Source of the DNA: Mobula hypostoma
Lineage: Eukaryota
Length of the DNA: 64,000 nucleotides
Assembly: GCF_963921235.1 (NCBI RefSeq)
Contig: NC_086097.1
Span: 76,200,001 to 76,264,000, forward strand
Direction: 5' to 3'
The notes below the pieces were generated by a model. It did no database searches, was not told the origin of the DNA, and saw only the letters and a list, made by a program, of their open reading frames with translations. Both the position numbers and the translations under genes were made by a program. Of this stretch, positions 36,101 through 49,997 are shown one piece after another. Position 1 is the stretch's first letter. The number at the start of each line of letters is the position of its first letter.

Positions 36101-38959
36101 GGACAGGTTGCTTTGAGATCATTAGCAAATGCTTTAATTTCACTGTTGACCATGAAACCTGGGCCACTTGTTACTACATTCAGAATGTTGTAATCTCAGT
36201 TGTTGCAGGGTCTGTTCATGTAAAGAACCATTAAGCAGTTTAAGAGAGACAACTGTCCCTTTGGGTACTTATTTAAGGTAGTGAAAATTGCAATTTACAT
36301 TATTCTTTCGCTCCCCAAAGTAAAATGATCTGCAAAAATGTGTTTCTGTAGCATAAATTACATTGAAAGAGCATTCTGACCTCAATAATGGTTGCAATTT
36401 TTTACTTCTTATAATAAAGGCATTCACGTTTGTAATAAGCAGTAAGTTATAGTTTGTGTTTGTAATTGAATCAGAGCCCTCTATCCTATTTTAAGAGTGT
36501 GTGCAAAGAGATCAAAAGATGGATAAAGTTGAGGAAGATCATTCAGTCCATTTTACTCATTCATCTATAATAACATTGCAGTTCAGCATACGTCGCATTT
36601 GTTAGTGCTTAAATCTCATTTCATCACACTAAATATAAATCTAATCATTGATTAGTCATACTTGGCATGAATAATTTCTGGACATAGCCTTTTATTTGGC
36701 TTTTATTATCAAGAACTTTTGTCTCTTTAAATCAAAGGATTGGATTGCCCTGGATCTGAACTCACCACTCATATCCCTTCCCTCTGTTAAATGGCTAAAA
36801 GTGGACCAGCCTTACCCGATGGTTGTCTCATGAGATGGAGCACATCATGTGTAGTGGCTAAATCTCAGGAGGTGTCGTCTGATATCTTGCTTCGAAAACA
36901 CCTTCAGATTAAAGGCCTTTGAATTGTTTTTAGATGTCTCCCATTATCTCTCCCAGTTCCATTTAGATTCATAATAACCACCTCACATATCTGCTTTTCC
37001 AGGGCTGCCCAAATTACTACAATTCCTCTTTTGGCTCAATCTCATCATTCATTTTGTTTCTTGCATTCTTCCTTAATTTTGCCACACACTCATATCCCTC
37101 TCAGTCTCCCATTTATTATTCTTGCTTTCTTCATTTTGTCCCATATTATACTTTAGTTTATTTTGTCCCTGGTTGTATTACTAAGTTAGCTCTGAACAGA
37201 TTCGTACCAAGGTCGGTATTCTTCCTTCATTCAATGCCACTCATTCCTATATCCTATAATTCTGTTCACAATTTCCTTTCATCCCATTGGCTCCACATCA
37301 CGCTTTTATAACCCTAGTGTCTACCACACTCTGATTTGAGGCTTGAATTATCACCAAACTAGAAACTACAAGGGGTTAAAACACAATACGAACTGTAATT
37401 AAAAACAGTTAACTAAATTTTATTTATCAAAAGGCAATTAGTACAATGAGAGGTGGACTTGATTGTGACCTGTGATAAAGCCTTACTTTGATGAGATTAA
37501 AATTCATGTATTTATTTAAGAGATAAATTATTACCATTTGTTTAAAAGTTTGTGACAGCAAGACATTAAAGTTGTTCATAACTTGCCCTTTTCAAGACAT
37601 TATTAACTTTGCTTTCGTTAAAGTATTTCTTCTCTGGTGAATGCCTGGACTTGCCAAGGTCAGCAAGGGTGACCCAAAGAATCTACAGATTGTGCAATGT
37701 TTTCTGAATAAAACATCTCTAGGCCAAATACTGCATATGTAAAATGAAGACTGAATATCTGTTTACATTCTCCTAACCCAACTTCAGAACAGTTTCCAAT
37801 GCTGGTTGAGTGCAAAATTAGTATTTTCAAAAAAGGGTTTTTTAAAGTCCTTGCAAGAAACATCACCAACTGAGAACTAAATTGTGGTCCATTGTAAGCA
37901 TTTTCAGGATTTTATCATCATTAAGAACTTGTTCAAGCAAGTATAAATTTTTTGCACCATGAAGGATCACATTATTTAATCCAGTACTCTGGGCCAATTT
38001 CAAACTTTGTTGCTATTCATTAAGGGTCAGTAGTCTGACTTGTTATATTTCTTTTACCTTCTTTGGATAGACTGAAGAAAGGAAAATAAGACAATCTTTT
38101 ATTTTCATTGGGAAGATCCCATTTGTGTTCATGATCTTTAAAAGGTTTTGCAATTATTTGTATATCATCATTGAATGAAATTATTGGTCAATGAGTTTTA
38201 TGGAATGTTAGCAACATGGCCAATATCCTGATAGTTTTGAAATAAGAATGATGCAAATACTACGCAATGCTCTGATTAAGTTGTCAGAAACAACTAGTAA
38301 AACTATTTTAAATGGAAAGGGTCAGAAATTCATTGAGGGGAAATGTGAAATCTGACTATAATAGCTGTAAAATGCATCTCTTCAAAAGAAGACTGATATC
38401 ATCATTCATCACTTGAGATGGCGAGGCTCATGAACCCATGCAAATTCAGTGTGACTAATGAGAGAAGTAAAACATTTAGAATTTGTGCTAATGACCTTTG
38501 AAGCTAATACATACATTATCTTCCAAGAGAAACATGTTAGCCATTTACATTGAGATTACACAAACATTAACATTTCTCTTTCATAATAAACTGCTTATTT
38601 TACACTAGGTATTTGTTTTATTACACAGTAGTTTTGAGCATATATTACTAGCTTTGATATATTAAAATGAGTGTTGCTTAAAGCATAGACACTGCTGAAT
38701 AAATAGAATAGTGAACACAAGCATGAATGTACAACAGGTTTAGGAAATGAATTACTAAATAAAATGGGCTATCTGATACGGATTTCTAAAAAGCAACAGC
38801 AGAGATTTTAATTTTAAAAATAACATTTATTCCCAGAGTATGCTACTTTAAATGTATTGTTCCTTAAATCTGGTCATGAATTCAAGGTAGTAAAAGAGTA
38901 CGATGAAAGATCATTAGCACCGTCTGATCTGCCAGACATGTCCTCCTGTTCTGCACTGC

Positions 38960-39250
38960 ATGACTTTAACATTTTTGTGTGTTCTCAATCGCAACCTGCC
39001 CTCATTTCAATACTTTTATGTCTGTTTATTCAGATTTTCTCTAACTGGCCCTGCTAACTCATTGACAGCATGAACTCATTTACTGCTCATCATCAGAACT
39101 ATAACCGTAACCTCACCTTATCAGAGATATTTCCACTCACCCCATCTTGTGATGCTTTCTGTAATTTATAACTAGCTTCCTTTCTCTAATGAAGGATTCT
39201 TGACCTGAAATATTAACTGTTTCTCTTTTCACAGATGCTACCTAACCTGC
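38960..39250 (+). mobile_element. Very old Penelope-like 3' remnant
   Basis: CTAATGAAGGATTCTTGACCTGAAATATTAACTGTTTCTCTTTTCACAGATGCTACCTAACCTGC at 39185-39250 resembles the terminal repeat. The left boundary is a guess. Confidence 0.45.
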
Positions 39251-40128
39251 AATGAAAAATCAGGTGTAATTATTAAACTCATTTAGAATGGAATATAGTG
39301 TAGTATGTCAAAATAAAATTGGCATATCAATGCTCATAAGCTCCAAAGTCAAATTTTTGTTGACAAGTTTAGCCTACAAGTTATTTGATAGCTGGAAAAG
39401 CATGTTAAATGTGTGAGTCATCAGGGAAGGAAACAGGTGATGTGGTTTCCCGGTTGGTGCGTTAAGGGGTTGTGAGATGCTGAGTGAGTACAGGGCATGG
39501 TATGGACATCACTCTGAACTGGGTCCTGGTCCGGACATTCAAAGGTCATGTGGGAGGAGGCATCAGCTGACCTCAGGGGTGGGGAGAGATGAGAATGTCC
39601 AATTGTGATAGGAAATAGTAGGCATTATAATTTAAGGAGAGGAGTAGGTTGGCTGAGCAGGGCGAGTACTGGTTTTCAAGCCCAATTAGACTTGCAAGCC
39701 AAATCTCTCTTCATTTTATGAAGCTGGGAGAAGTTATTATGCATATTCCTACCCCCCAAAAATCTAGCCAGAGCTCCTAGATCAATAATTTTGATACTCC
39801 TCTTCTCCATTGAGGGTTTTGCTGTGATTTTTCCTTCCTAGCATGAGGTCATACTTATAGAAATTGGACTGAACATTGGCCCACAATTTTCTGATGAGCA
39901 TTTCCTGAGAGTTATTGATAGTAGTATAGGTCTGTAGAATCAAAATAGCCATGCCCTTTTGACTGATTATTTTAAAGATTTCCCAATTATAATAAACCCC
40001 AGCATAACATATAAAAGATATTGAAATGGATTATAAAGTTAAGTATTGATAAGATATTTTGCTGCAAAATTAACAACAAGCCTTCATCTGTACAAATGGT
40101 ACAGATCAGTTTAGTATTGTTTCCATTT

Positions 40129-40283
40129 ATTCACTCTATTCAATATATGTATACAGTAATTGATTTATTTATTATTATTATTTTATTTTTTTCTCTTCTA
40201 TATTATGTATTGCATTGAACTGCTGCTGCTAAGTTAACAAATTTCATGTCACATGCCAGTGATAATAAACCTGATTCTGATTC
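40129..40283 (+). mobile_element. Rex1/Babar-type 3' tail
   Basis: TGTATTGCATTGAACTGCTGCTGCTAAGTTAACAAATTTCATGTCACATGCCAGTGATAATAAACCTGATTCTGATTC. Confidence 0.65.
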
Positions 40284-43029
40284 ATTTAAAATTAACATAT
40301 TCCCAGTGTATAGAAGTCTTTCATAAGTCCAGCTTAACACAGACATGAATCAATTCACCTTTCACATTTCAAATACTTTCCCAGAGAGACAGTAATCAGG
40401 TCCTTTGGCAGCTTGCTTTTCATTCAGGCTCTATAAAATCAAGTGAAATGTCTACTGTGTGACGCCTACTTTCTCATGTATGAAATGACTGGTTGCATTT
40501 CATCACAGTCTCCTTAAGACAACCCTTATTACACACCATTTGTTTTACCTATCAGTGTTGCTTGTTTCTCTTGTAGTTTAATTGTGTGATTTAGCTCAGC
40601 TTGAGTTAACAGCAACTGAAATTATTTTCTGCATAATATCCCAGGCAGTTCTGATTTATTCAGACCTGAATCCCATCTTTGTTAGTGAAGCCCTTTTGGT
40701 TTTTTATTTCTTATAACTCTGACCTCACAGATGGGATTGAAAAGTCTTTACTAGAACATAAAAAATTGCTAAGAATATGCAAGTTTGTCTTCAAAATATG
40801 TAAGTTATTAAATAGAATTTCTATGACTAAATTATGTAAAACCATATCAAATTGAGACGAAAGCAGATAAAAGCTACACTTTTTCACCTTAGAATAAATA
40901 TTGTTATCATGGTATAGTTAATAAGTTGTTAAAATGAATTGTGATTAATATTGTGAGGCTATTTCTTTGAGCCAGTTTATATATTTTGTTTTAAATGTTG
41001 ATTTCTGTTTTGAAACTTGGAATTCAATTGCATTACAGACCTTTTCGCTAAATGCAATTGACACCTTCATGTGCATATAGCGCACAATGGAACACTCAGT
41101 CACGGGTTACTAAGTGCAAAACACTCCTGGCTTGGCATCCATTAATGATGTCAATTAGCATGCAACACTATTAGTGCACATACCAACACTGAACTCGGCA
41201 TACTGGACCTTGAATTAAAAAAAAGCAGAACTTAACATGAATCTGCTTGCTCTAGGCTGAGGGGACAGACCTTACCTGAGTTGCTATTAAGGAGTTTGCC
41301 ATTGAAAATGACTATATAATTATCCCTGTGTGATTAAATTTCTCCAATATGCTAAATGAGATCTTCTTTCTTTGTTAGAGACAGTGCTTCCCCTGTGTGT
41401 CTATCTCTGTCACCATGAAGCCAGATCATCTGTTGAAAACGTGCAATGACTGCTCTTGATTCCTACCTGCCACTCTTGGTTTGGTTCCTGTTGAGAGCCA
41501 TTGCTTTTAAAGCTGCCATCACAGCAGGAGAGCATGGTTGTACGTTTGCGCTTATAGCATGCTCTTGAAATTGCACTAAGTTACGATGTGTAACCATGCT
41601 GAAGGTCTGGAATTCTGAATGCCTGTTTGCATGGGGCCTTATACATTCATGCACATAAGAAATTTGTTCCCTTGTGGCCAAGAAAGAATCTGGCTAGATG
41701 CCCTCTGCACAACATAATTTTAGCGGATGTTTCTATGCGCATTAGAATCTCTAGTTTCTGGTATCCATCAGTGTCAAAGAACTGAATTTCCATGAACATT
41801 TGAAATATAAGAACATCAAAGCAATGATCATTTGATTATGGTATCTCCTTTTTGAATTAATAATATTGCAGAGTCATGCTCTCCAACCTTTAATATCATG
41901 GTAAGTTGGAACTTTTTCAACAAAAAATACATATTCCAACAATCCCTATTTATTTGTTTACATAAATTATTTTTAAACCCAATTACGAAGGGATGAATTT
42001 CTGCAGGGAGTTTCTTACTTGTCTGTTGTAACTTTGGTGGGAGAACTCCAAAACTGAGGAAAACCCTGATGACTGTTATCTGAGATTCTGCTGTTTGAGA
42101 TTTATCTTGTTGCTAAATTACAGCAGAACAGTTGGAAATCCTCAGCAGAAATCTATTTTTTTTTTGTGTTGATATCTGAAGATGCATTATGTGGCAGAGT
42201 CAAGGTCAGGAGTGGGGCCATTATTGAGGGCTGTCAATTGACCATTCATGGGTATCTTTTCTACTAGTAGAAGAGTAAAACTTAGCACATTAACCCGAGC
42301 TGATTTTCAACTCCAAAAGTAAAATTCTCAGATAAACTGTAGCATCCTATTGTGCTCCTCATACGAGACTTGCCATTCAATTATTGCATGTTCTTTGCTC
42401 ATTTTGCTCACAGCCATACCTTTGATGAACTTATCTATTGTAATACTATGGGAATATTTGACAGAATTTGAAAATCTTTCAATGGATTCAATCTTGAAGC
42501 AAACTTAATAGCAACTCAACAGGTGAATGTGTGACAAACTTGAAATTTCATATTTGCAGCTTCAGTTTTAATTAAATGAAGCAAAAATTGGGGGTCAAAG
42601 ACTACAAAGTCAGTGGGATACAATTATTTATAAAGTGCCAGAATTTGCTTTTAGTCTCATCTGTGAGGCAGAATATTTACATCTTAGAATGAATATAATC
42701 AGGCTGATTATTCTGATCCTTGTCTTCAGAAACATCGGAATAAAAGGGACAGACTTTCAAGTTGCCAGGTCTTCAATCCTCTTCCTTCAAGGATTCTACT
42801 GCTTTTCAGATGTCAGTACATGGAGTTTATCCTAGACTTTCATCAGGTTCAGGGCTGGTTCAAATGAGCGAAAGTGCTGCAAATGTTTGGTGGACATCCT
42901 AGCTCAGGGATGTCACTGATTGCAGCAAAACAAAGTCTATTGCAACTGTGAGGGATTGACCACAGGCTGTATGGTGTTAGGTTTCAAGTCTCCATCCCCT
43001 GCAAACCTTCCCTATCACTCATTCTTAAG

Positions 43030-43145
43030 AACAAAGGAGGACTACGTGGGAGAGAAGCGTTAGATTGATTTTGGAGTAGGTTAAAATGTCAGCACAACAT
43101 CATGAGCTGAAGGGCCTGTACTGAGCTGTACTGTTCTATGTTTTA
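43030..43145 (+). mobile_element. CR1 3' tail fragment
   Basis: GTAGGTTAAAATGTCAGCACAACATCATGAGCTGAAGGGCCTGTACTGAGCTGTACTGTTCTATGTTTTAT, matching 18270-18340. Confidence 0.7.
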
Positions 43146-43595
43146 TAACTTAAACATTTTGGAGAATGATCTTCAAAACAGGCTGAAGATCCCAATCTCC
43201 ACATCCTGATAAATACCTGCAGGGTTTACTACTTATATTTGGGCTATGTTGGATGTGCCACTGGGTTAATTGCCTGGGACACAAAATCGCATGCTCTTGA
43301 TCATGCTGTAGACTGCAGCTTCAATACAATGTTAGCACAGGGGCAGTGGGTTGGAAAATATGCCCTAATAAGTCTCTGTCTCTTTGTCAATGAATGCCTT
43401 TCCCTATTTGTGAGTCGGTTCTTCTTTGTGTAAATAAATCCACAGTTCCTGTTTTCTCTGAGCTATTCTGGAGAACGAATACAAACTAACAACATCTGAG
43501 TGTTGGTAAAAATCTAACACAATAAGATTTAAAGGCACATGTATCTAAAGTACTTACATGAGATAAACAGAAAAAAATTAACAGTAACAATATTA

Positions 43596-45670
43596 ACAGC
43601 TACATCAGCAAGTGCATCGATGAGGTCACTGTGGCCAAGACCATCACTACACGCGCTAACCAGAGGCCATGGATGACCGCGGAGGTGTGTGCGCTGCTGA
43701 GGACCTGTGACACCGCCTTCAGAGCGGGCGACAAGGCAGCCCTAACAACAGCGAGGGCCAATCTGTCCTGGGCCATCAGAGAGGCAAAGCGTGCACACGC
43801 CCAATGAATCCACGGCAACTTCCAGGACAGTGGTGACACGCGGCGCATGTGGAAGGGCATTCAGGACATCCAGGACATCACCAACTACAAGACAACACCA
43901 CCTGCCTGTGCCGGTGATGCCTCCCTCCCAGTTGCGTTGAACAACTTTTACGCTCGTTTTGAGGTGGAAAATGATGTGGCGGCGAGGAAGACCACCCCTC
44001 CTCCGAATGACCAGGTGCTGTGTCTTACCGTGGTTGAAGTGAGGAGAACCCTATGCAGGGTCAACCCACGGAAGGCTGCTGGACCAGGCAATATTCCTGG
44101 CAGAGTGCTTAGAGGATGCGCAGACCAGCTAGCAGAGATTCTCACTGACATCCTCAACATCTCCCTGTGCAGCGCCATCATTCCTACGTGCTTCAAGGCG
44201 GCCACCATCATCCCCATGCCGAGGAAGTCTTCAGTGTTCTGCCTCAACAACCACCGTCCCGTTGCACTCACATCCATCATGAAGTGTTTGGAGAGGCTCA
44301 TCATGAGGCACATCAAGACCTTGCTGCCCCCCTCACTGGATCCCCTGCAGTTCGCGTACCGTCCCAACCATTCAACAGATGACGCCATTGTCATCACCCT
44401 CCACCTGGCCCTAACCCACCCAGACAAAGAAGACACGAACGTTCGAATGCTGTTCATAGACTTCAGTTCAGCACTCAACACAATCATTACTCAGAAACTG
44501 ATTGGAAAGCTGAGCCTACTGGGCCTAAACACCTCCCTCTGCAACTGGATCCTAGACTTCCTGACTGGGAGATCTCAGTCAGTCCTGATTGGAAGCAGCA
44601 TCTCCAACGCCATCACACTGAGCACGAGGGCACCCCAGGGCTGTGTGCTCAGTCCACTGCTGTGCACTCTGCTGACCCATGACTGTGTTGCAACACACAG
44701 CTCGAACCACATCATCAAGTTCACCAATGACACGACCGTGGTGGGTCTCATCAGCAAGAATGACCAGTCAGCATACAGAGAGGAGGTGCAGCAGCTAACA
44801 AACTGGTGCAGAGCCAACATCCTGTCTCTGACTGTGAACAAAACAAAGAGATGATTGTTGACTTCAGGAGGACACGGAGAGACCACTCTCCGCTGAACAT
44901 CAACGACTCCTTCATAGAGATTGTTAACAGCACCAAATTTCTTGGTGCTCACCCGGCGGAGAATCTCACCTGGTCCTTCAGCACCATTTCCATAGCAAAG
45001 AAAGCCCAGCAGCGTCTGTACTTTCTGCGAAGGCTGAGAAAAGTCCATCTCCCACCCTCCATCCTCACCACATTCTACAGAGGTTGTACTGAGAGCATCC
45101 TGAGCAGCTGCATCACTGCCTGGTTCGGAAATTGCACCATCTCGGATCACAAGACCCTGCAGTGGATAGTGAGGTCAGCTGAGGAGATCATTGGGATCTC
45201 TCTTCCTGCCATTACAGACATTTACACCACCTGCTGCATCCGTAAAACGAACAGCATTATGAAGGATCCTACGCACCCCTCATACAAACTCTTCTCCCTC
45301 CTGCCATCTGGCAAAGGGCACCGAAGCTTTCGGGCTCTCACGACCAGACTATGTAACAGTTTCTTCCCCCAGGCCATCGGACTCCTCAATACCCAGAGCC
45401 TGGACTGACACCAACCTACTGCCCTCTACTGTGCCTATTGTCTTGTTTATTATTTATTGTAATGCCTGCACTGCCTTGTGCACTTATGCAGTCCTGGGTA
45501 GTCTGTAGTCTAGTGTAGTTTTTGTGTTGTTTTACGTAGATCAGTATAGTTTTTGTATTGTTTCATGTAGCACCATGGTCCTGAAAAATGTTATCTCATT
45601 TTTACTGTGTACTGTATCAGCAGTTATGGTCGAAATGACAATAAAAAGTGACTTGACTTGACTTGACTTG
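43596..45670 (+). mobile_element. Rex1/Babar LINE, 5'-truncated, reverse transcriptase disrupted
   Basis: ORFs 43847-44854 and 44806-45408: [63 protein letters not shown] (decayed FADD), [31 protein letters not shown] then (GACTT)n tail to 45670. Confidence 0.95.
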
Positions 45671-46949
45671 ATCATGTACCTGAGCTCAATGTCATTTAAT
45701 ATTGGATCAGAAACTTAATAGTCCTTCTTTGCTGACATTATAACACCTTATAATTTCAATTTTAAGTTAATTTTCTTAGGCCGAGTTGCATCTGGATATT
45801 GTGCACTGGTGTAAAATGCTTAGATGTGAATTGACAGTGTGATTTACAATTTATCACCCATTTTATATTATTGCACCAAGTCAACCCTATTGATTGGATA
45901 CCACACTGGAGGATAAATGTAGCAATGTGCATGGCTGAAAAATATTAGACAAATAATGCTTCATAATATTGGTCAATATCAATAGAGTTGGAACCGGAAG
46001 AGAACCACAAGACTAGAAAGCCTAGAATTATATCAATTAACTTGATTCGGATCTATTTCTAGTAAACTGGGTGGTAAATCAACGGTTTCACACTTAGGAA
46101 AACAGTGTCACTAAGGGTCATGACTTTACAAGACATTCTAGATGTGGATGTTTTTTCTGCTGTTCCATTTTACAACATTTCAAGGAACTCCCAATTTTGG
46201 TTATATATCTTAATGGATTCCTTCTGTTTTTGATTAAAATCCAACTTTAACCCTAAAGTAGCAGTTGAACATAAGATTCTTATTATCATTACAGCACAGT
46301 ATCATGAAGAAAACTTAATTTCTTATTTCATCCAGCACAGAAGGCAGTGATACATTAGTAAGTCTATGAATAATTATCAGCAATGATGTGATTTTGAACC
46401 CACTGAGTTAACTTTGTGGCATTGTGTTATATTACCTAAATGTTCTTCATTTTCATTACTTTCCCCAAGAGTATCGGTAGAATCAGATATTAAACATTTG
46501 ATATTCACCTGGCTTTTCTTGAATAGTATTTAAGTAGTACTATTAATAGTATTAATAGTAATTATGACATAAAAGTTAGTCAAATAATTTTAGTAGAATA
46601 ATATGTTTACATTGTCACCTAAACTGAGTTAATTCAAGAAAACTGCCAGGCAGCTGTACTAAGTTGTTTGAGAAGTATCATATATGTTATTTTTCTTTGT
46701 AATACATAGTAATCTTAGAGCAAAGATGTTGGCTAAAATATTTCACGACTGTAAGCGTAGACAACTTTCTGAATACAAGTTTCTAAATAGATTGGACTCT
46801 GATGCAATGGTTTAACTTTGGGAAAAGGCAGAAGATATAAAAAATCTTTCTTTCTTTCCTCCATAGTTGCTTAAAAATCTCAGTATATAAAAATCACAAC
46901 TTAGTGATTTCACCATTTACTTTGATAGATAATTGAGATACTGAATCAG

Positions 46950-47500
46950 AGCATATAACCCAGGACCGCAAAATAAGCACAGGACTGAGAAATGCCAATC
47001 TTTAAGTTGTAATGTAGCTCTCACATAAAAACTTCCTTCATGAAACCTTACCTAAAAGCAAATATGGGATAAGGTTATTCTTTCTCAAACCAATAAAATC
47101 AGGAGACTGTTGCGAGAAGCAGTGTCACGCAGTTTGATGTCCCCAGCAGGGTACTTGGGGTCATATGTGGTGCCGTAAATTCAGTGTGGGGCTCTGACAT
47201 TGTGCTAAGTGTGGCCTAGGTCTGGGGGGTTTTTCTTTGATGCAAGTGAAGTTTAATAACTGGAAAAGCATTTGCTTTTATTTGCCTGTACTTTCTGCAA
47301 CAATAATATCAGCTCATTTAGGCTGTTTCAACATAAAAATGCACTAGTGAAGCAATCTGTTACAAATTAGCACTGCTCTCATTCCACTTTATTAGCAGGT
47401 AATTGAAAAGAGTTGGGAAAGTGTAATTTATCAGATTATGTGTGTTTATCTTCCTTGTGGGTAAAGCAGATTTTGGCAACTTCTTCAACCTACCCTGAGG
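46950..47500. promoter_or_regulatory. Candidate conserved enhancer in FMN1 intron (possible Gremlin1 fin/limb enhancer)
   Basis: Unique, transposon-free sequence beside the FMN1 exon. Motifs: CCAATAAAA 47090-47098, CATAAAAA 47024 and 47332, GCCGTAAA 47172 (posterior HOX-like), TGGGGGGT 47223 (GLI-like), CTTTGAT 47235 (TCF/LEF). Function is inferred from position only. Confidence 0.45.
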
Positions 47501-47644
47501 GAATCAAACTTCTTTAAGACAAGCTCACAAAAAAAACCCCAAGGAAAATATAGTTTGATGGTACAGTAAAAATGTTCAAATTAAAGAAGAATACTTTCCA
47601 AAATAATTAAAAGTTTTCCGTGGAAGATTTTATCTCCTTCTTAC

Positions 47645-47794
47645 CTTTCTTTTGAGATATTTTTGCTCTCGCGTTTCCAAGTATTCTTAAAATCCGTACA
47701 GAACTCAAACCACAACATGAATATGTAGTTTGGAGTAATCTCTTTCTCCCCAGATTTTGGCTTCACCCCAAAGAACCTTACTGTATTTTCGAAG
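47645..47794 (-). CDS. FMN1: Formin-1 internal coding exon (C-terminal FH2 region), 150 bp, phase 2 at both ends
   Basis: Minus strand has polypyrimidine tract ttttcctcttAG, the exon, then GTaaga. Translation (S)[49 protein letters not shown](R) closely matches the vertebrate FMN1 segment as I recall it ([51 protein letters not shown]) and fits FMN2 less well. Length 1+49x3+2=150. Confidence 0.95.
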
Positions 47795-49529
47795 CTAAGA
47801 GGAAAAGAAAAAAAAACTGTCAACACGCAAACCTGCTGGTGGCTGTAGTTTCCCTGAGGGCTTGTTCCAAAGTCAGTAGCCAAGATTCTGTAATTATTGT
47901 GACTTCCCTGTGCTTCAACATTCATGGCAGTAACACTTGTCATGTATAATGTAACCTTCAAACACCTACAGTCTTCCCAAAAGGGGATATTTATAACTGC
48001 CACATAACCATGTCCACATGCATGCATAAATATTGAAATACTGAATGCCTTTATAGAAAAATAATGGGGTATCAATATCGTCATTTAAAACTATACTGTA
48101 TCACCAATTCCAACCCCACAAATTAAAATAAAACTGGGTAAAGAATGAAATCAAGTTCACATTAGTCTACAAAAGTGAGGGGTTGCAGGCACATAACATA
48201 AATAAGTACAGACACATAAAATCTGAACTGCACACTTTATTTTCATTCATGCACTTCAAGTGGTTTGTATCTGTTTAAAATCATGTTCTTTCTGACAACT
48301 AAGGTGCCATTCAGTTGAAATGCAATGAAATCCAATATTGTGTTACTGATCTCAACAACATATCTACATAAAAGTCAGACATGGATTTAATGTAATGACA
48401 TGAAATAATGCATCAAATTGTTTTCCTGCTCTGTTATTATTTAGAATTTTGGTAACTACAAGCCCATGTTCCACACACACAGTCACAGGTACAATTGGCC
48501 CAGAATAGCTATTTTGTATATTTCTGTTTTAATTATGCTTTGAGTTTATGTATTTCTGTTCTTATTTATATTTTTCAGGTTTTCCATGGCTATTTGATGC
48601 CACAGACATTCTTTTAAAACTATTATTCCTTCATTCTTATCAATGCAGCAAGCATTCTCTAAAGAAATGAAAATAACTTTTCTCACACCGTTTTAACTAA
48701 TGCACATAGTGATGGACCTTCCTGGCTTTTTTGTCTTTGAGAAATATTTAAATTCTGAAGTTAATATTTAACAAGAGAGGAGTGTAACTTCTAGAACCCT
48801 GCAGATTATTCACCTTTCTTCCATCATCAAAGTTTAGGATCAAGAGGATAGGATAAACATTTTAAGCAGCTTAATTTTCACTAGCTGTGATGAGCCTTGG
48901 TCCCTTGAGCACACATTAGTCTTTAACTGAACAATGGTTATTTTACTGCCCCTCAAGAGAATAGCACATCAAACATTTACACATAGATCTACATCATTTT
49001 AATGGAAACCATCAGGATTGGTTTATACAGCAGTAAAATTACAAAAAAAATTATTGAAATGAACCTTTAATTTGCAGTAAAAAGTGTTTCAAAGAGTTCC
49101 CCATAGTAAAAATGTCCATATAAACACTAGGGTGCATTAATTAGATCATTAATTAGTCACTTCTGTTGTCAACTTAAAATTCTTTACATAACCATTGTGA
49201 TCATGTTAATAATTTAAATAAAATTACATGAAAGAACACCTTGTTTTATCACCAATCACTTTTAACAATGGAAAGTCTCCAGGTAACTGTGATGAGTAGA
49301 TCTCTATTTCAATCTTAATAAAGAAACATTTAAGAGGATGCTGAATGTTTCACACAATTATCTGTATTTGGATCTACTCAAGAGTTCATCCTTTAAGCAT
49401 AACTTCATATTATATTACAATACTCCTATTTAATTTATCAACAAAAATAATTAATGCCTTTAGAATTGAACGTTAAAGAATTACATCATATCTTGTGCAC
49501 AATCCTAGCTAGGTACCTTCATTCAAGCT

Positions 49530-49997
49530 TGTCATCCAAAACTCTTCTATCCACATTCTAAGACAGTCCCATTCCCCCTCCCTCTTGTTTTTTGATGCTT
49601 TACAGTAGCCCCTGGTTAAAGAAACCCTCAGTTTTCAAACTTGCATTCTGATTGGTTTTTAAATCCCTCTGTAGGCTCTCTCCTCCATACTTCTACAATC
49701 TCCTCCATACCTCTACAATCTCCTCCATTTTTTTAACAATCATGACATCATGACACCTTTGCCTTTTAAAGTTTGGCACCACCGCTTTCTTTCTGATTTT
49801 GAGGTCATAAGGTCCGGAAAGCACTCCTAAACTTCTTCAGTTCACTTGCTTCCTTTAAGATGCTTCTTAAAGCATAACCCATTTACCAAGCTCCAATATC
49901 TTACATAGGTATCTCACATTTGATGATATTTCTGTGAAGAGCTCTGATATGTTTTGCTGCAATGAAGCTGGTGTATAAATGGAAGTTAAATGTTGTT
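49530..49997 (+). mobile_element. Old L2-type LINE 3' remnant, containing a 20-bp tandem unit at 49679-49727
   Basis: TCCTTTAAGATGCTTCTTAAAGCATAACCCATTTACCAAGCT..CTGTGAAGAGCTCTGATATGTTTTGCTGCAATGAAG..TATAAATGGAAGTT..TGTTGT. Confidence 0.5.

Noticed and set aside
41531..41600. Short imperfect inverted repeat AGCATGGTT...AACCATGCT
   Set aside because: The arms are too short and the interior pairs too poorly to call a miRNA or MITE.
43948..45150. Long minus-strand ORFs (179 and 191 aa)
   Set aside because: Antisense to the Rex1/Babar reverse transcriptase.
47795..48084. N-terminal 97 aa of ORF 47641-48084
   Set aside because: Intronic read-through upstream of the acceptor; FMN1 similarity starts exactly at the AG.
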